Positions 1-10,330 of a stretch of DNA of 64,000 bases are shown piece by piece. The notes beneath the pieces are model-generated. The model did not search any database and had not been told where the DNA came from. It saw nothing but the letters and a program-made list of their open reading frames with translations. The translations under genes and the position numbers were made by a program. Origin of the DNA: Acidobacteriota bacterium (GTDB lineage: Bacteria; Acidobacteriota; UBA6911; RPQK01; JAJDTT01); the NCBI GenBank assembly GCA_965217775.1, contig CBDCJH010000002.1:6144001-6208000 (forward strand), written 5' to 3'. Positions within the stretch are counted from its first letter, which is position 1. The number at the start of each line of letters is the position of its first letter.

Positions 1-230
1 TCTCCGATTCGCTCCACGGTGGCCGTGCCATACTGCATGTAGTCGAATGTGTTTCCCGCCCAGTAAGATCCGGACTCCTCGTCACCGTAGTAGAGCCAGT
101 AGATTCTGCGGATCGCCAGACTCTTGATCTGGGTGACCATTTCCTCCAGAAGCTCCAGGCTGTAAGGCCCGTAGCGGACGTCGTCCGGGAAGTCTACGGT
201 GGCCGAGAGAAGAAACGGGCGGGTGCTCAA
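1..230 (-). CDS. Hypothetical protein, runs off the window edge (N-terminus MSTRPFLLSATVDFPDDVRYGPYSLELLEEMV...)
   Basis: Manual translation: open frame from TTG at 230 to the window start, GC3-rich codons, starts 10 bp downstream of the SDR stop. Confidence 0.65.
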   Translation of the reverse strand, partial: MSTRPFLLSATVDFPDDVRYGPYSLELLEEMVTQIKSLAIRRIYWLYYGDEESGSYWAGNTFDYMQYGTATVERIG

Positions 231-240
231 ACGGCGGACC

Positions 241-1014
241 TCATACCGTCGCCATCCAGCCTCCGTCCACCACCAGCGCGGAACCGGTGACCCAGGAGGC
301 GTCGTCGGAGGCCAGGAAGACGCAGGCCCGGGCGATGTCCCGGGGCGTGCCGAAACGGGGCAGGAGCGTGCGCTGGCGCCCCTCCTCGATCTGTTCCGGA
401 GTCAGGTAGTCCTGGTTCGCCGTCTCGATGAAGCCGGGACAGACGGCATTGACGGTAATGCCCAGAGGTCCCAGTTCCACGGCCGTGTCGCGGGCGAGAT
501 TCACCACCGCGGCCTTGGTCGGGGCATAGACTGGTCCCGCTCCTCCGCCCCGGTAGTTCACCGATGAGATGTGGATGATGCGCCCCTGGGGAGACCGTTT
601 CAGGTGGGGAACCGCCGCCTTGGTGGTCAGGAAGAGGGCCCGGAGATTGATCGACATGACCCGGTCCCAGTCGGCAATGGTCAGCGTCTGGGAGGTTCCC
701 GGGATGTGGACGCCGGCGTTGTTGACCAGGATGTCCAACGCCCCGAATTCCTCGACCGTCCGGTCGACGAGCTGTTGGACGAAGTCCTCGCAGGCGATGT
801 CCCCCTGGAGGAAGATCCCCCGGCCGCCGGCCCTCTGGATCTCCTCCACGGTGGGCTTGCGGGGCTCGGTCTCGTAGTAGCGGCCGACCTTGGGCGTCGC
901 GCGGATGTCGGCGACCGCCACGGCGGCCCCCTCCCGGGCCAGTTCCAGGGAAATCCCTCGGCCGATTCCCGAACTCCCTCCGGTCACGATGGCCACTCTG
1001 TTCTTCAAGCGCAT
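241..1014 (-). CDS. SDR family NAD(P)-dependent oxidoreductase
   Basis: TGGSSGIG Rossmann motif, NNAG, YxxxK (YAPTK), C-terminal VDGG. Confidence 0.95.
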   Translation of the reverse strand: MRLKNRVAIVTGGSSGIGRGISLELAREGAAVAVADIRATPKVGRYYETEPRKPTVEEIQRAGGRGIFLQGDIACEDFVQQLVDRTVEEFGALDILVNNAGVHIPGTSQTLTIADWDRVMSINLRALFLTTKAAVPHLKRSPQGRIIHISSVNYRGGGAGPVYAPTKAAVVNLARDTAVELGPLGITVNAVCPGFIETANQDYLTPEQIEEGRQRTLLPRFGTPRDIARACVFLASDDASWVTGSALVVDGGWMATV

Positions 1015-1114
1015 AGGATGTCACCTTGGGAATTGACCGCGAAGTGCAGGGAATGATACCAGACTCCCCGGCGGGATCGTTCCGGTCCATGCCCGTTGCG
1101 ATAGGCGGATCCGA

Positions 1115-1819
1115 ATGCTGGGGAGAGCGTTCAAGGCCGAGTATCTGGACTTCGGAAAGGGAATCCGGGTGGGGCACCTGGAACCCCGTGCCCGCATCAC
1201 CCAGATCCTCAAGCTGTCCCTGCAAGAGCTTTATGGGCAGGATTTCATCATCGATCGCTGGGGCCGCGGCGTCTACTGGCAGTGGATCTGTTTCGTACCG
1301 CGAGCCAATCGCCGGGCCAAGCCGCTCTCGGGCGGCCGCAGCTACTCCAGCGCCAAGTTCTTCATCATGGTCGACCGGGAGGAGGGACTGTTCAAGTCCG
1401 GTCTTCATGTGGAGCGAGGGTTGATCCAGCCGCCGGACTCACAAGAGGCCTACCGGCTCCGGCCGGACTGGGACTGGCATCGGCTCGCGCAGGGTTTGGA
1501 ACCGAACGGATGGTGGGAACGGGAGGTCCGCCGGTTGATCGAAGAGGACGGGTTCCAACTGACGCTGGGGTCGTTCAGAACCGGTCTCCGATCCTTCTCC
1601 GGCCGTCTGCCTCCGGCATCGGACCTTCGCGAAATCATTGCGAACGCGCCGCCGGACAAGTGGTTTGTATTCCAGTTGCACTATCCCATGACGCCGGAAG
1701 AGGTCGAGGGCTCGGCGGGACCCGACCTGGTGGCCGGCATGCTGGCCGTCTTCCGGGAACTGACGCCGGTGATGAACCTCTGTCTGGAGGACGCCGCCGC
1801 ATTGCGCGTGGGAATCTAA
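1115..1819 (+). CDS. Hypothetical protein
   Basis: 234-aa ORF with protein-like composition and host codon bias; no family recognised. Confidence 0.75.
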   Translation: MLGRAFKAEYLDFGKGIRVGHLEPRARITQILKLSLQELYGQDFIIDRWGRGVYWQWICFVPRANRRAKPLSGGRSYSSAKFFIMVDREEGLFKSGLHVERGLIQPPDSQEAYRLRPDWDWHRLAQGLEPNGWWEREVRRLIEEDGFQLTLGSFRTGLRSFSGRLPPASDLREIIANAPPDKWFVFQLHYPMTPEEVEGSAGPDLVAGMLAVFRELTPVMNLCLEDAAALRVGI

Positions 1820-1937
1820 CGTCGATGTTGTCCTGACCCAAGTTTCTCTTCCATCGAGTACAAGAGCCCTATAAGGCCTATCTTACGGATAGAATAGGGT
1901 GAACTAGACTAATTTGTTTCGCGCTTGTTCCGGTGAT

Positions 1938-3933
1938 CCCAGATTATTCATCACGCAAACATAAAATGGGAAAGCGTTCCCGCCATGTCGAGTCGGATCA
2001 GAGGGTTACGGGATACCCACATAAAAAGGTCGAGAGCCGCCGTGGGTGAAACGCTATCGTGGTTTTCGACTCCGCCTTAATCTTTGGGTTCAGAGGGGTC
2101 CGAAACCCTCGCATTTCCAAGGTTTTCTCCCCTTCCATGGGCGGCAAAAAGAGGCGGCGTGCCCGTCATTTGTGGTATGATTATGGTGCTAAGAAACAAC
2201 AACAAAGAACGGAGCACGCCATGCCTGAGACGATACCGCAGATCCGGCCCTCATTCAACCGATCCCTCCGCCTCGAGACCCGCCCCGAGTTGCTCAGTGC
2301 GGACACGGGAGCCCTGGTGCAACGGGAGCTGATGGATCGTAGCGGCCTCATCGATTGGTTGACCGAGCGGTTGCACGATCCGCGACACCCGAGTTCGATC
2401 CGCTATCCGCTGTCGGATCTGCTGCGGACTCGACTCCTGCTGTTGGGGCAGGGCTGGCGCGACCAGTCCGACGCCGACCGCCTGCGTCAGGATCCGAGCT
2501 TGCGGGTGGCGAGCCAGACCCGTCGGGGCACGGCGGCCTTGGAGGAGGGCCAGGGGCTGGCGTCGCAGCCGACCTTGTCCCGACTGCTGGACACACTCAG
2601 CCGGGAGGAGAACCTTCCGGTCCTGCACCAGGCGGTGACGGAGCTGGCGTGCCGTCGGATCGAGATGATCGCAGGCCGGCGGCGAAAACGGGGGAAAAAG
2701 ACCCCACGGAAGAAGAGACGGAAAAAGACGATGTACCTGGACGTGGACGGTCTCCCGGTGGAGGTCCATGGGCATCCCCCGGGAAGCGAATGGAACGGAT
2801 ACTATCGCCAGCGGATGTACCACGGGTTGGTGGCGAGTTGTGCCGAGACGGGGGACCTGATCGACGGGGAGATTTTTCCGGGAGCCAGCTACCTGGGGAA
2901 GAAGGCGCTGAAGTTGACGCTCCGGGTCGTGGACCGCTGTCGGGGGCGTCTGTGCGGCTCGATGATCGTGCGGATGGATGCGGGGTTCCCGGAGCCGGGG
3001 CTGCTGCAGGGGCTGGAGTCGAGAAGCGTGCCCTATATCGCTCGAATCCGCAAGAATGAGGTCCTGAACCGGATGGCGAAGCTCTACTTGACCCAACCGG
3101 CGGGGCGGTCCCCGAAAGCACCGCCGAGGCTCTGGTTCCATGAGCTGACCTATCAGGCGGAGAGTTGGGATCGGGCGCGCCGGGTGGTGCTGGTGGTGCG
3201 GGAGCGACCGGGGGAGTTGTATCCGGATCATTTCTGGTTGCTGACGAGCCTGAGCCGGAAGCGTTATGAGGCGGAAGCGTTGCTGGCAAAGTATCGCAAG
3301 CGGGGGAAGGCGGAAGGGCACATGGGGGAGTTGATGGACGTGTTCGATCCGGCCTTGTCCTCCGCGAGCCGGCCCAAGACGCACTATCGGGGCAAACCGC
3401 TGAAGCCGGGAACCAAGCCGGAAGCGACGACGGAGGCCGGGGTTCGACCCCACAACGAAGTCTTGTTCCTGCTGAATCTGCTGGGGTACGAGATCCTGCA
3501 CCTGGGTCGGGTGCTGATGGAGCAGGCGACGCGTCGGGGCTGGAGTCTGCGTCGTTTTCGCGAGCGGGTGTTGCGAGTGGCGTCTCGGGCGTTGCGTCAG
3601 GGGAGGCGATTGATTTTCGTCATCAGTCAAGGGGCGACGGACTGGAAGCGGTTGTGGAAGAGCCTGGCGCGGGTGTCCTGGGCGCCGGGATAGTGGACGG
3701 AGGAGGCATCGGGCCCGTGGAAGGGACCGAAACGGTGGGAATTTCTCACCGGAAAGTCAACCTGTCGGCGGATGACGGTCCCCCTGGCCGGTAAACGGTT
3801 TATGAGTGGTTCAATCGTCCTGTTTTTGAGCCGATTCAGTCGAATCGACAGAGGTTCGAGAGAAACCGGGCTCCGACCGCCAGAAAACGCCGGGCTGGAA
3901 GCCCTTATCAACATGTCCCATGAATAATCTGGG
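1938..3933 (+). mobile_element. Complete IS1380-family insertion sequence (1996 bp)
   Basis: Perfect 14-bp terminal inverted repeats CCCAGATTATTCAT (1938-1951) / ATGAATAATCTGGG (3920-3933), flanked by the 5-bp direct repeat GTGAT (1933-1937, 3934-3938); single transposase ORF inside. Confidence 0.93.
2221..3693 (+). CDS. IS1380-family DDE transposase
   Basis: LHDPR, LASQPTLSR, YLDVD..VHG, VRMDAGF, YRKRGKAE motifs; ATG at 2221 preceded by GGAG. Confidence 0.93.
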   Translation: MPETIPQIRPSFNRSLRLETRPELLSADTGALVQRELMDRSGLIDWLTERLHDPRHPSSIRYPLSDLLRTRLLLLGQGWRDQSDADRLRQDPSLRVASQTRRGTAALEEGQGLASQPTLSRLLDTLSREENLPVLHQAVTELACRRIEMIAGRRRKRGKKTPRKKRRKKTMYLDVDGLPVEVHGHPPGSEWNGYYRQRMYHGLVASCAETGDLIDGEIFPGASYLGKKALKLTLRVVDRCRGRLCGSMIVRMDAGFPEPGLLQGLESRSVPYIARIRKNEVLNRMAKLYLTQPAGRSPKAPPRLWFHELTYQAESWDRARRVVLVVRERPGELYPDHFWLLTSLSRKRYEAEALLAKYRKRGKAEGHMGELMDVFDPALSSASRPKTHYRGKPLKPGTKPEATTEAGVRPHNEVLFLLNLLGYEILHLGRVLMEQATRRGWSLRRFRERVLRVASRALRQGRRLIFVISQGATDWKRLWKSLARVSWAPG

Positions 3934-4205
3934 GTGATACCTATGCCTGTTACGGCGATCGAGGCCAATCATTTCTACGAAAGTACGATCATAGTTTTAG
4001 TGGCATATTCTTCCTATGTTCTGACCATGTGGGCGCTTTGTCTTGCTTGGTAGTCCCGCGGACACAACTGGCTGAACTCCTCGATGCTATGTTCTGGTCT
4101 TACGGTACTACTTCGTTGCCGTAACACTTTTTTCTTCTGGTGCCGCAACAGAAATGTGGTCCGGCATCATTTCCTGGCGCCCAATAGAGAGAGCCCCCAG
4201 AAGAT

Positions 4206-7200
4206 CTAATCGAATCTCGTCGTTTGAGTTTCCAGCCATTGCAGACGCCGATCAACCTCCAGTTTTGGCTCGGCATCTACCAATCGGTCGATAATTTTGG
4301 AAATTTCGAAGAAACTTCCTCGGCTCCCGGGACCGCACACCAGCCAAAGTAAGGAGAGGGTCTCTTGGGGAAACTGTTCCGCTATCTTCGACGATAGGAT
4401 CGTATGTAAGGTTCCGTACCGCTGGTCATATGGAGCAATGTATGGTCGTAGTTGCTCCAGAGCAGCCGGGAATTCGTTGCCCGCTCCAACCAATAAATCA
4501 ATCCAGGGGGATGTGAGAGATGAATCGCGGAATTCGAGTTCTTTTGGCCAATAATCTTCAAGAAAAATTCGGACGCCGAGGCGCCAATTATCTTCAACAC
4601 TGGATTTGCCGCCGTGAAGCCAGCTTGCCAGCACCTCCAGTGCTCCAGATCTAATGCTGTGCTGAGTCTTTCGTAGCACCTGGGCGACGTCCGACGCGCC
4701 AAGCCCCCAATTCACACCAGTATCTCCCCGAACCTCAGCCATTGCAGGGCGAAGAACTTTGGAAGCAATCGTAGCGGCGGCGTGATCAGCTTGCTCGCTT
4801 TCAATCGCGCCTTTTATGATTGCCGGTCCGAGCACGTGAGTTAGCTCTGGCGTAATCGGGCCGTAACGCAACAACACTGCGCGTAGAGCTACTCCCTCAG
4901 CATTCTCAGCGTTGATGCGTGGTTCAAGAATCTCAATCACGGACTGTTGATCGACCGCGAGCAAAAAGGACAAATAACGTGCAAGAATAGCGCGCCCGAG
5001 CTGTCCGGCTGCGCCAGGGTAGCCGGATATTCTTCTAATGAGTCGGAATTGTAATGGTGAGGGTGAAGCGCCAACTTGCCGCTTGGCATCTACCTCATAC
5101 AGCAACGCCTCCGTCACCTTCCCGGCGTCAGAATTAATCGCTATTTCGTAGATATCGGTCGAGAGATCGACCGGCTCCTCCCGCTGCTCTCCAACAATTT
5201 GCCAAATGCGCTCAAGCCAGCTCACAACACCCACAATATCTTGTCGGGGCGCGAAATATATTAAGTTAGCTAAACTCGAAGCCATTGGCCGAAGCAGATC
5301 CTGACTGAAAGCGGACAAGTGTAGGAACACCTTAGGTACTAGTCCGTCCCGAATCGTCTTGCTCGCTTCATCGCCAACCGCCAGTCCAAAGAGGAACTCA
5401 TTCCATAGGACCCCATTTTCTATAGTAAGGTTGTCTCTGCAGAGTAAATCGAATGCTCCTTGCGGGTCGGTTCGGCAGTAAGCGGACCACCCTTGTCGCA
5501 AGTCCATTTCTGGGCTGTCGATGAGTTCCTGTGCAACTGTGAGGCGATCGTCTTCCGCAGCCTCCAAGATCGGTGCCGGATTTCCAACAATACGGCGCAC
5601 GCCGGAGCTATAGGCGCCAAAAAAATCTCGGTCTTCCACCGCGCGGTTAAGGTAGTCCCGCCGCACTTTGATGGCGGCAAGCACTTCGCTGCCGTGTTCG
5701 GATAGAACACCGGCGTCCTGCAGCATGTTGAGTCGAAGCCATACTGCTGTATCGCGCGCGTGGGATCGCCAGTCAGCTTCGCCGGGTTCAATCGTATAGC
5801 GGTCGAAATATGCCTTACTAGTTTGGAGTATGCGCTCTTCAACCCCGCTCACGATTTCTGGAGAAGCAGTTTCTGCCCGCTCCTTTAAGAGGAGCGCGAT
5901 TTCACGGCGGATCCTCCAGAAATCAATATCGGATGTGGACAACAAGGTTGACATCGCCTCGTCTGCGTCGAAGAGTTCGACATTACGCATAGCATGGAGG
6001 CAAAGCCGCAGCCCGATTCGTCCGGTCAAGCTCTTCCAGCCGATTACAATTCTTCTTGTGTAATCCCGGTCCAAAGTCGCAGCCTGACAAAAAATTTCCG
6101 CAAGCAACTGAACCAGAAAATTCACTCCTTCGCGAAACTGGTTCTGCGTGTGGCGTTCAATCGAGGGTACTGTGAAATCGTTTGAGTCGTTTTCTTCACC
6201 GATTTGCTCAAGTTCGACCTGGAGTTCGAGAGCAGAACGCAGTTCAGCCGTTGCGAGGTCGAGAATCTGTGTAGCTCGGGCCGGCATTGAGCACAACGTA
6301 TCAGCGAGGTCCTCGGCATTGTGCCGGCTGGAGATCGCCATGCGAGGCCACACGATATCGGCAAGCCGCCGGATTGGTTGACTTTCATTCTGTTCACGTG
6401 ACTCGCGATAACTCTGGCTCAGCACGAGCCGGGGCGCGAGTAGGCCCACGGCCTTCCGAAGATCGCTGTCTAGAACAACGGCACTCGTCAGCCGTTTCTT
6501 AGTCGCGTAATAGGCCTGATCGTCGTCTGGGACAGGTTCAGCGAGGCAGAAAAGTCGCCAAATACGGGTCCATGTTTCGTCCAAACCCTGTGTTTGGACC
6601 AACCGCTGCGAGATATGTTCGGTAAATAGCCGTTTTAGACGGCGCTGCCACTCGCATGCAAATTCAAACCGGTCGCGATCTTGAAAGTCCTGGGAGACCC
6701 AGTCTGCGATCACCCAAGGAGCGTCTTCAACTGACCACAATCCCGAGTCCTGAAAAAACTCAAACCATTCGGGGTCCGTAATCGCATCGAGAGCGACTGA
6801 CCAAAGATCGCGGCGGCCACTGAAGAGCCAGCCAAGTTCTCTTCGAGAATCTCCGTCCGCCTCCGCGACAGGTCGCTCCAAAATCGTGCGTGCCCGTTCC
6901 CTCCGCGACCGTTTCGGGCGGTCAACAATCTCCGCCAGTTCCGCTAGGTCTCTCCACAGCGGGGAGTGGTCGTGTTTGCCGCTGTCCCGATTTATTTTGC
7001 TGTAGGGCAGGGTCACCACGGCGAGCGTGCCCCAAGGGCGGGTGGCTTCCTCCGGATCGCGCTCATATGAATCGAACGCATATACGGGCTTAAGATCCGG
7101 GAAGCGTACACGATCCGCTTCAAGCACATTGAGGAAATACCTGACTGGCGCGTCCTTTGCGCTGTATCCCACGAGAACAATCGCCTTGCAGCGCGCCAGA

Positions 7201-7814
7201 TCGAAGAGAAAGCGCGATGCCCATCCGGAGCGCAAATAAGCATCGCCATAATCGGCGCTCGTAAGTACGAGCGGGGTCTGTTCGAGGTCGAGTTTGCGAT
7301 CGGGGAGACGGCCATGAATGTGAATGATGCCCGAAAAAGACGGGCTGCCCGGAGCGGGAAGCGCTTGACCTGCGAAGCTGACTACAACTGGTGTTTCGCC
7401 CAGTATGTCCGCTGCAGCTCTCTCCAGCAGAGTGTCAAAGTTCGTGGTGACTACCGAGATTCTGTTATCGAGGTCACGTGACAGACGCAGAATTGTGCAA
7501 TGCTGATGGTGGATGGGTTTCTCGGGTATCTCAAGGATTTCCGAAACCGTCCGTGTCACGGCGTACGGGTCAGATAGCCGTCGGCTAAGTGATCCCAGGA
7601 CTTCTTCATAGCGGTCCTCGGCAAACGCACGTTGCTCCGACTCCGTTTTCTCAACAGATAGGGCCTCGTACGTACGCTCGACCAGAGATCTAAAACCCGG
7701 CATTTGCGGTGCACTTACTCCTGTGCCACATAGGAAAACCACCTCGCCGCCCAAGAGTGCGTCGACGAATTCGTCCGGGAATTCGGGGCCATCGTTGGAA
7801 AAACGAAGGGTCAC
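4206..7814 (-). CDS. SIR2-domain (SIR2_2) protein of ~1200 aa, Dsr1-like defence-associated sirtuin
   Basis: N-terminal VVFLCGTGVS, VTTNFDTLLE, IHIHG, LVLTSADYGDAYLRSGWA, IVLVGYSAKDAPV, then a long helical C-terminal region; GTG start at 7814 with GGAGA upstream; AT-richer than flanks. Confidence 0.85.
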   Translation of the reverse strand: MTLRFSNDGPEFPDEFVDALLGGEVVFLCGTGVSAPQMPGFRSLVERTYEALSVEKTESEQRAFAEDRYEEVLGSLSRRLSDPYAVTRTVSEILEIPEKPIHHQHCTILRLSRDLDNRISVVTTNFDTLLERAAADILGETPVVVSFAGQALPAPGSPSFSGIIHIHGRLPDRKLDLEQTPLVLTSADYGDAYLRSGWASRFLFDLARCKAIVLVGYSAKDAPVRYFLNVLEADRVRFPDLKPVYAFDSYERDPEEATRPWGTLAVVTLPYSKINRDSGKHDHSPLWRDLAELAEIVDRPKRSRRERARTILERPVAEADGDSRRELGWLFSGRRDLWSVALDAITDPEWFEFFQDSGLWSVEDAPWVIADWVSQDFQDRDRFEFACEWQRRLKRLFTEHISQRLVQTQGLDETWTRIWRLFCLAEPVPDDDQAYYATKKRLTSAVVLDSDLRKAVGLLAPRLVLSQSYRESREQNESQPIRRLADIVWPRMAISSRHNAEDLADTLCSMPARATQILDLATAELRSALELQVELEQIGEENDSNDFTVPSIERHTQNQFREGVNFLVQLLAEIFCQAATLDRDYTRRIVIGWKSLTGRIGLRLCLHAMRNVELFDADEAMSTLLSTSDIDFWRIRREIALLLKERAETASPEIVSGVEERILQTSKAYFDRYTIEPGEADWRSHARDTAVWLRLNMLQDAGVLSEHGSEVLAAIKVRRDYLNRAVEDRDFFGAYSSGVRRIVGNPAPILEAAEDDRLTVAQELIDSPEMDLRQGWSAYCRTDPQGAFDLLCRDNLTIENGVLWNEFLFGLAVGDEASKTIRDGLVPKVFLHLSAFSQDLLRPMASSLANLIYFAPRQDIVGVVSWLERIWQIVGEQREEPVDLSTDIYEIAINSDAGKVTEALLYEVDAKRQVGASPSPLQFRLIRRISGYPGAAGQLGRAILARYLSFLLAVDQQSVIEILEPRINAENAEGVALRAVLLRYGPITPELTHVLGPAIIKGAIESEQADHAAATIASKVLRPAMAEVRGDTGVNWGLGASDVAQVLRKTQHSIRSGALEVLASWLHGGKSSVEDNWRLGVRIFLEDYWPKELEFRDSSLTSPWIDLLVGAGNEFPAALEQLRPYIAPYDQRYGTLHTILSSKIAEQFPQETLSLLWLVCGPGSRGSFFEISKIIDRLVDAEPKLEVDRRLQWLETQTTRFD

Positions 7815-8382
7815 TGACCATCTCCGTGCAGGTTTATTGAGTATTCCCTGATCATCAGAGCGAAGCCGTAACCGCCACCGGTCGGACCTCCGAAATACGA
7901 TTCGTGAAGGGACGCCGGACCAATCGCCCGCTGCGGACGAAGAGAAATGGCGCAACTGTAGGAACCAACGTAAGAACACATAGGCGGAATTGGAGCGATG
8001 ACCTTGCCCGAGAAAGGCCAGCGAATGCCAGACGATGGATTCCGGGGATTTCCACGAACGCCGTCCGCGGTGCACTGATTTCTGAGAAGGTTCATCTTCA
8101 GGTTTCTTCTGCAAAAATGTCCCAACAAACTGGAACTAATTTCTGCAAGTTTCTTTACCGTGGTCGACACAGCGGATGAAAGTTCCTTCGTTCCCATTCT
8201 CGCAACCAAAGACCTCATAATCTCCGGGCTAAGCGAAAAGGTAGTCGGCAATGGAATGGCAGCCATAACTAAGCACACATGGGCCACTCTACACCGATTC
8301 GGTTCGAGAATTGAAAACCGACCGGACCGTTGTGTGTAGTCGATGCTTGTCGCTGGCTGTACACGGTAGCGCCCCGGTGCGG

Positions 8383-9753
8383 TTACTTGACCAGCCGGGT
8401 GTTGGGAAACTGGGCTCGCCAGCCGAACCAGAAGGCGCGGTGTGCGGCCAAGCGGATGAGTTTATCGCCGTTCGGTCCCACCAGAGCGGTTTCCGTCGCC
8501 TCCCACTGCCGTCCCGAACTGTCCCGGACCTTGGAACTCCGATCCCACTTGGTGAACTTGATGCCTGTGGCGTCGTAGACCCGGTTGGCGCCCGACTTGT
8601 CGGTGAGGATGACCAATTCCTGCCCCGCCACTCGATCCTGGTGCAGCCGGCGCTTGCGCAGGAACCGCGTGTCGTAGGCGACCGCCTCCCCGTCCATGAG
8701 CAGGGCCACGACCTCCTGCTTGTTCTTCAAGCGCTTGTCCTGAAATGGGGTGGGGAACATGAGCCGGTCGGTGGCGAAATACTCCCTGTAGGCGGCGCCT
8801 TCCCCGTAGTCCCGCTCGTGGCCCGTGTCCAGGGACAGGACCTTGGTCTCCGGGTGCCGCCGCCGCCACTCCTTCCAGCGGGTGGTGACGATGGGCAGGC
8901 GTTTCAACTGCAGTCCGGAGCCCACCAGGGAGCCCATGACGGGAACCCCCTCCAGGGCCGACCAGAGGGTGTTGGTCTGGCGGTCGTACATCAGCTTGTT
9001 GGAGCGGTAGAGAAAGCCGCTGGTCCCGAAACTGAACTGGCGCTCTCCCACCTTCTGGTCGTAGAGGACCGCGGAGCCGCACAGGGTGCAGTAGGCGCAG
9101 GTGACGTCGATACCGCCGACACGATCGTTGAAGAGTTCATGCCAGGCCAGAATCCGTTTGGGATAGGCCTTGGCCTCGCCGTTCAGGTAGACGCCGAAGA
9201 CGATATGGCCGTTCTTGAGATAGTCCGCCTCCGCGGCGGAGATCATCTTGGGATATTCCAGGGGCGGAATGCCGTCCTTCTTCACGCCGCCCCAGACCAC
9301 CTCGTCGAGACGAATAGTGCGTGGGGTCCCGGGGACGAAGAAGCGGGCGAAACGTTTGTCGATAAAGGAGTAGAGAGTGGCTTTGAAGGTGGCGTACTCG
9401 GGATGTTCCTGCTCCTCCCGGCTCCAGATCCAGCGCCACCAGCGGTCCGTGTCAGCCGGCAGATTCTGGCCGGTCCCTTTGCGCAGCAGCCTCAGGACGT
9501 TCTGGCCGCGGACGTCTCCGGGGGGCAGCAGCATGAAGATCTCCACCAGCATGGGGGCGAATCCCGGATGCCAGTTGGCCTCCAGCCTCCGTGCGGCCGC
9601 CCGATGCACCTTGCGGTCGCGGTCGGCCAGATCGCCGACGGCGGCGGAAGGGGAGGAGTCCTTGGTCTCGGCGGCTTGGGCCAGGGCGCCAGGCGGGGTG
9701 CCGGCCAGCAGGAGCAAGACGGCCAGCGCAGGGATCTTCGTTCCCGTTTCCAC
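8383..9753 (-). CDS. DUF3179 domain-containing secreted protein
   Basis: Signal peptide; WGGVKKDGIPPL, AKAYP..IL.WHE, YCTLCGS, FGTSGFLYRSNKLMYDRQT, FWFGW..FP motifs; start chosen at GTG 9753 (9801 possible). Confidence 0.88.
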   Translation of the reverse strand: METGTKIPALAVLLLLAGTPPGALAQAAETKDSSPSAAVGDLADRDRKVHRAAARRLEANWHPGFAPMLVEIFMLLPPGDVRGQNVLRLLRKGTGQNLPADTDRWWRWIWSREEQEHPEYATFKATLYSFIDKRFARFFVPGTPRTIRLDEVVWGGVKKDGIPPLEYPKMISAAEADYLKNGHIVFGVYLNGEAKAYPKRILAWHELFNDRVGGIDVTCAYCTLCGSAVLYDQKVGERQFSFGTSGFLYRSNKLMYDRQTNTLWSALEGVPVMGSLVGSGLQLKRLPIVTTRWKEWRRRHPETKVLSLDTGHERDYGEGAAYREYFATDRLMFPTPFQDKRLKNKQEVVALLMDGEAVAYDTRFLRKRRLHQDRVAGQELVILTDKSGANRVYDATGIKFTKWDRSSKVRDSSGRQWEATETALVGPNGDKLIRLAAHRAFWFGWRAQFPNTRLVK

Positions 9754-9808
9754 TCGTTCCCCGGCTCTCGGCGGGATCGATCTTGTACGGATTGCGGCCA
9801 TTTCCGGT

Positions 9809-10330
9809 TCAGTAGGCGATTTGCGTCCCCTCCCGCAGTACCCAGAAGAGCCGTTGTGCCGCCGGTTCCTCCATCTCCAGTTGCAGGACCGACACCTCCC
9901 GAACCAGGGCTTGAAACTGGGCCAGGATCAGGCGCAGGCGCCGGCCGGAGCGCTTCTTCCAGGTCAAACCGGTCAAATCCGGAGGAGCGACGAACAAGAC
10001 CGAAGCGTTTGCCAACTCCACCGCATAAGTGGCGGGCATGGAGGCGACGCCTCGACGGGAGGCCAGCGGAACCGGTTTTCCCTGGGCAGCCCGGATTTCC
10101 TCCACGGGACGGGGAGGGACCAGTCTGGAAACCCGGGAGGAACGAGGAGGGGTGGAATCGCGGTTGGATCGGTGTATGGGGATCTCCTTGAGCAGGATTC
10201 CCCGCTGCAGGATCCGTGCCGAATGGGTGCCGATCTCCACGCGTGGGCCGGGCTTTTCCGAGAGCGCCCAACCAGGGGCTTGAATTCCCAGGAAAAGGAT
10301 CGCCAGAAGGAGTCGGTCGCCGCTCCCCAT
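9809..10330 (-). CDS. Hypothetical secreted protein, possibly a degenerate L,D-transpeptidase-like fold
   Basis: ATG overlaps the upstream stop (TGATG); signal-like N-terminus; C-terminus AQRLFWVLREGTQIAY parallels the LDT end but lacks the His/Cys motif. Confidence 0.6.
   Translation of the reverse strand: MGSGDRLLLAILFLGIQAPGWALSEKPGPRVEIGTHSARILQRGILLKEIPIHRSNRDSTPPRSSRVSRLVPPRPVEEIRAAQGKPVPLASRRGVASMPATYAVELANASVLFVAPPDLTGLTWKKRSGRRLRLILAQFQALVREVSVLQLEMEEPAAQRLFWVLREGTQIAY

Noticed and set aside
7811-8287. 158-aa ORF overlapping the SIR2 start (GTGA) as a partner gene
   Set aside because: No recognisable motif and unprotein-like composition; the overlap alone is not enough. The 100-aa N-terminal extension of the SIR2 ORF to 8114 was rejected for the same reason.
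8383-9753. DUF3179 as a selenoprotein
   Set aside because: The redox motif is plain CTLC with no in-frame TGA
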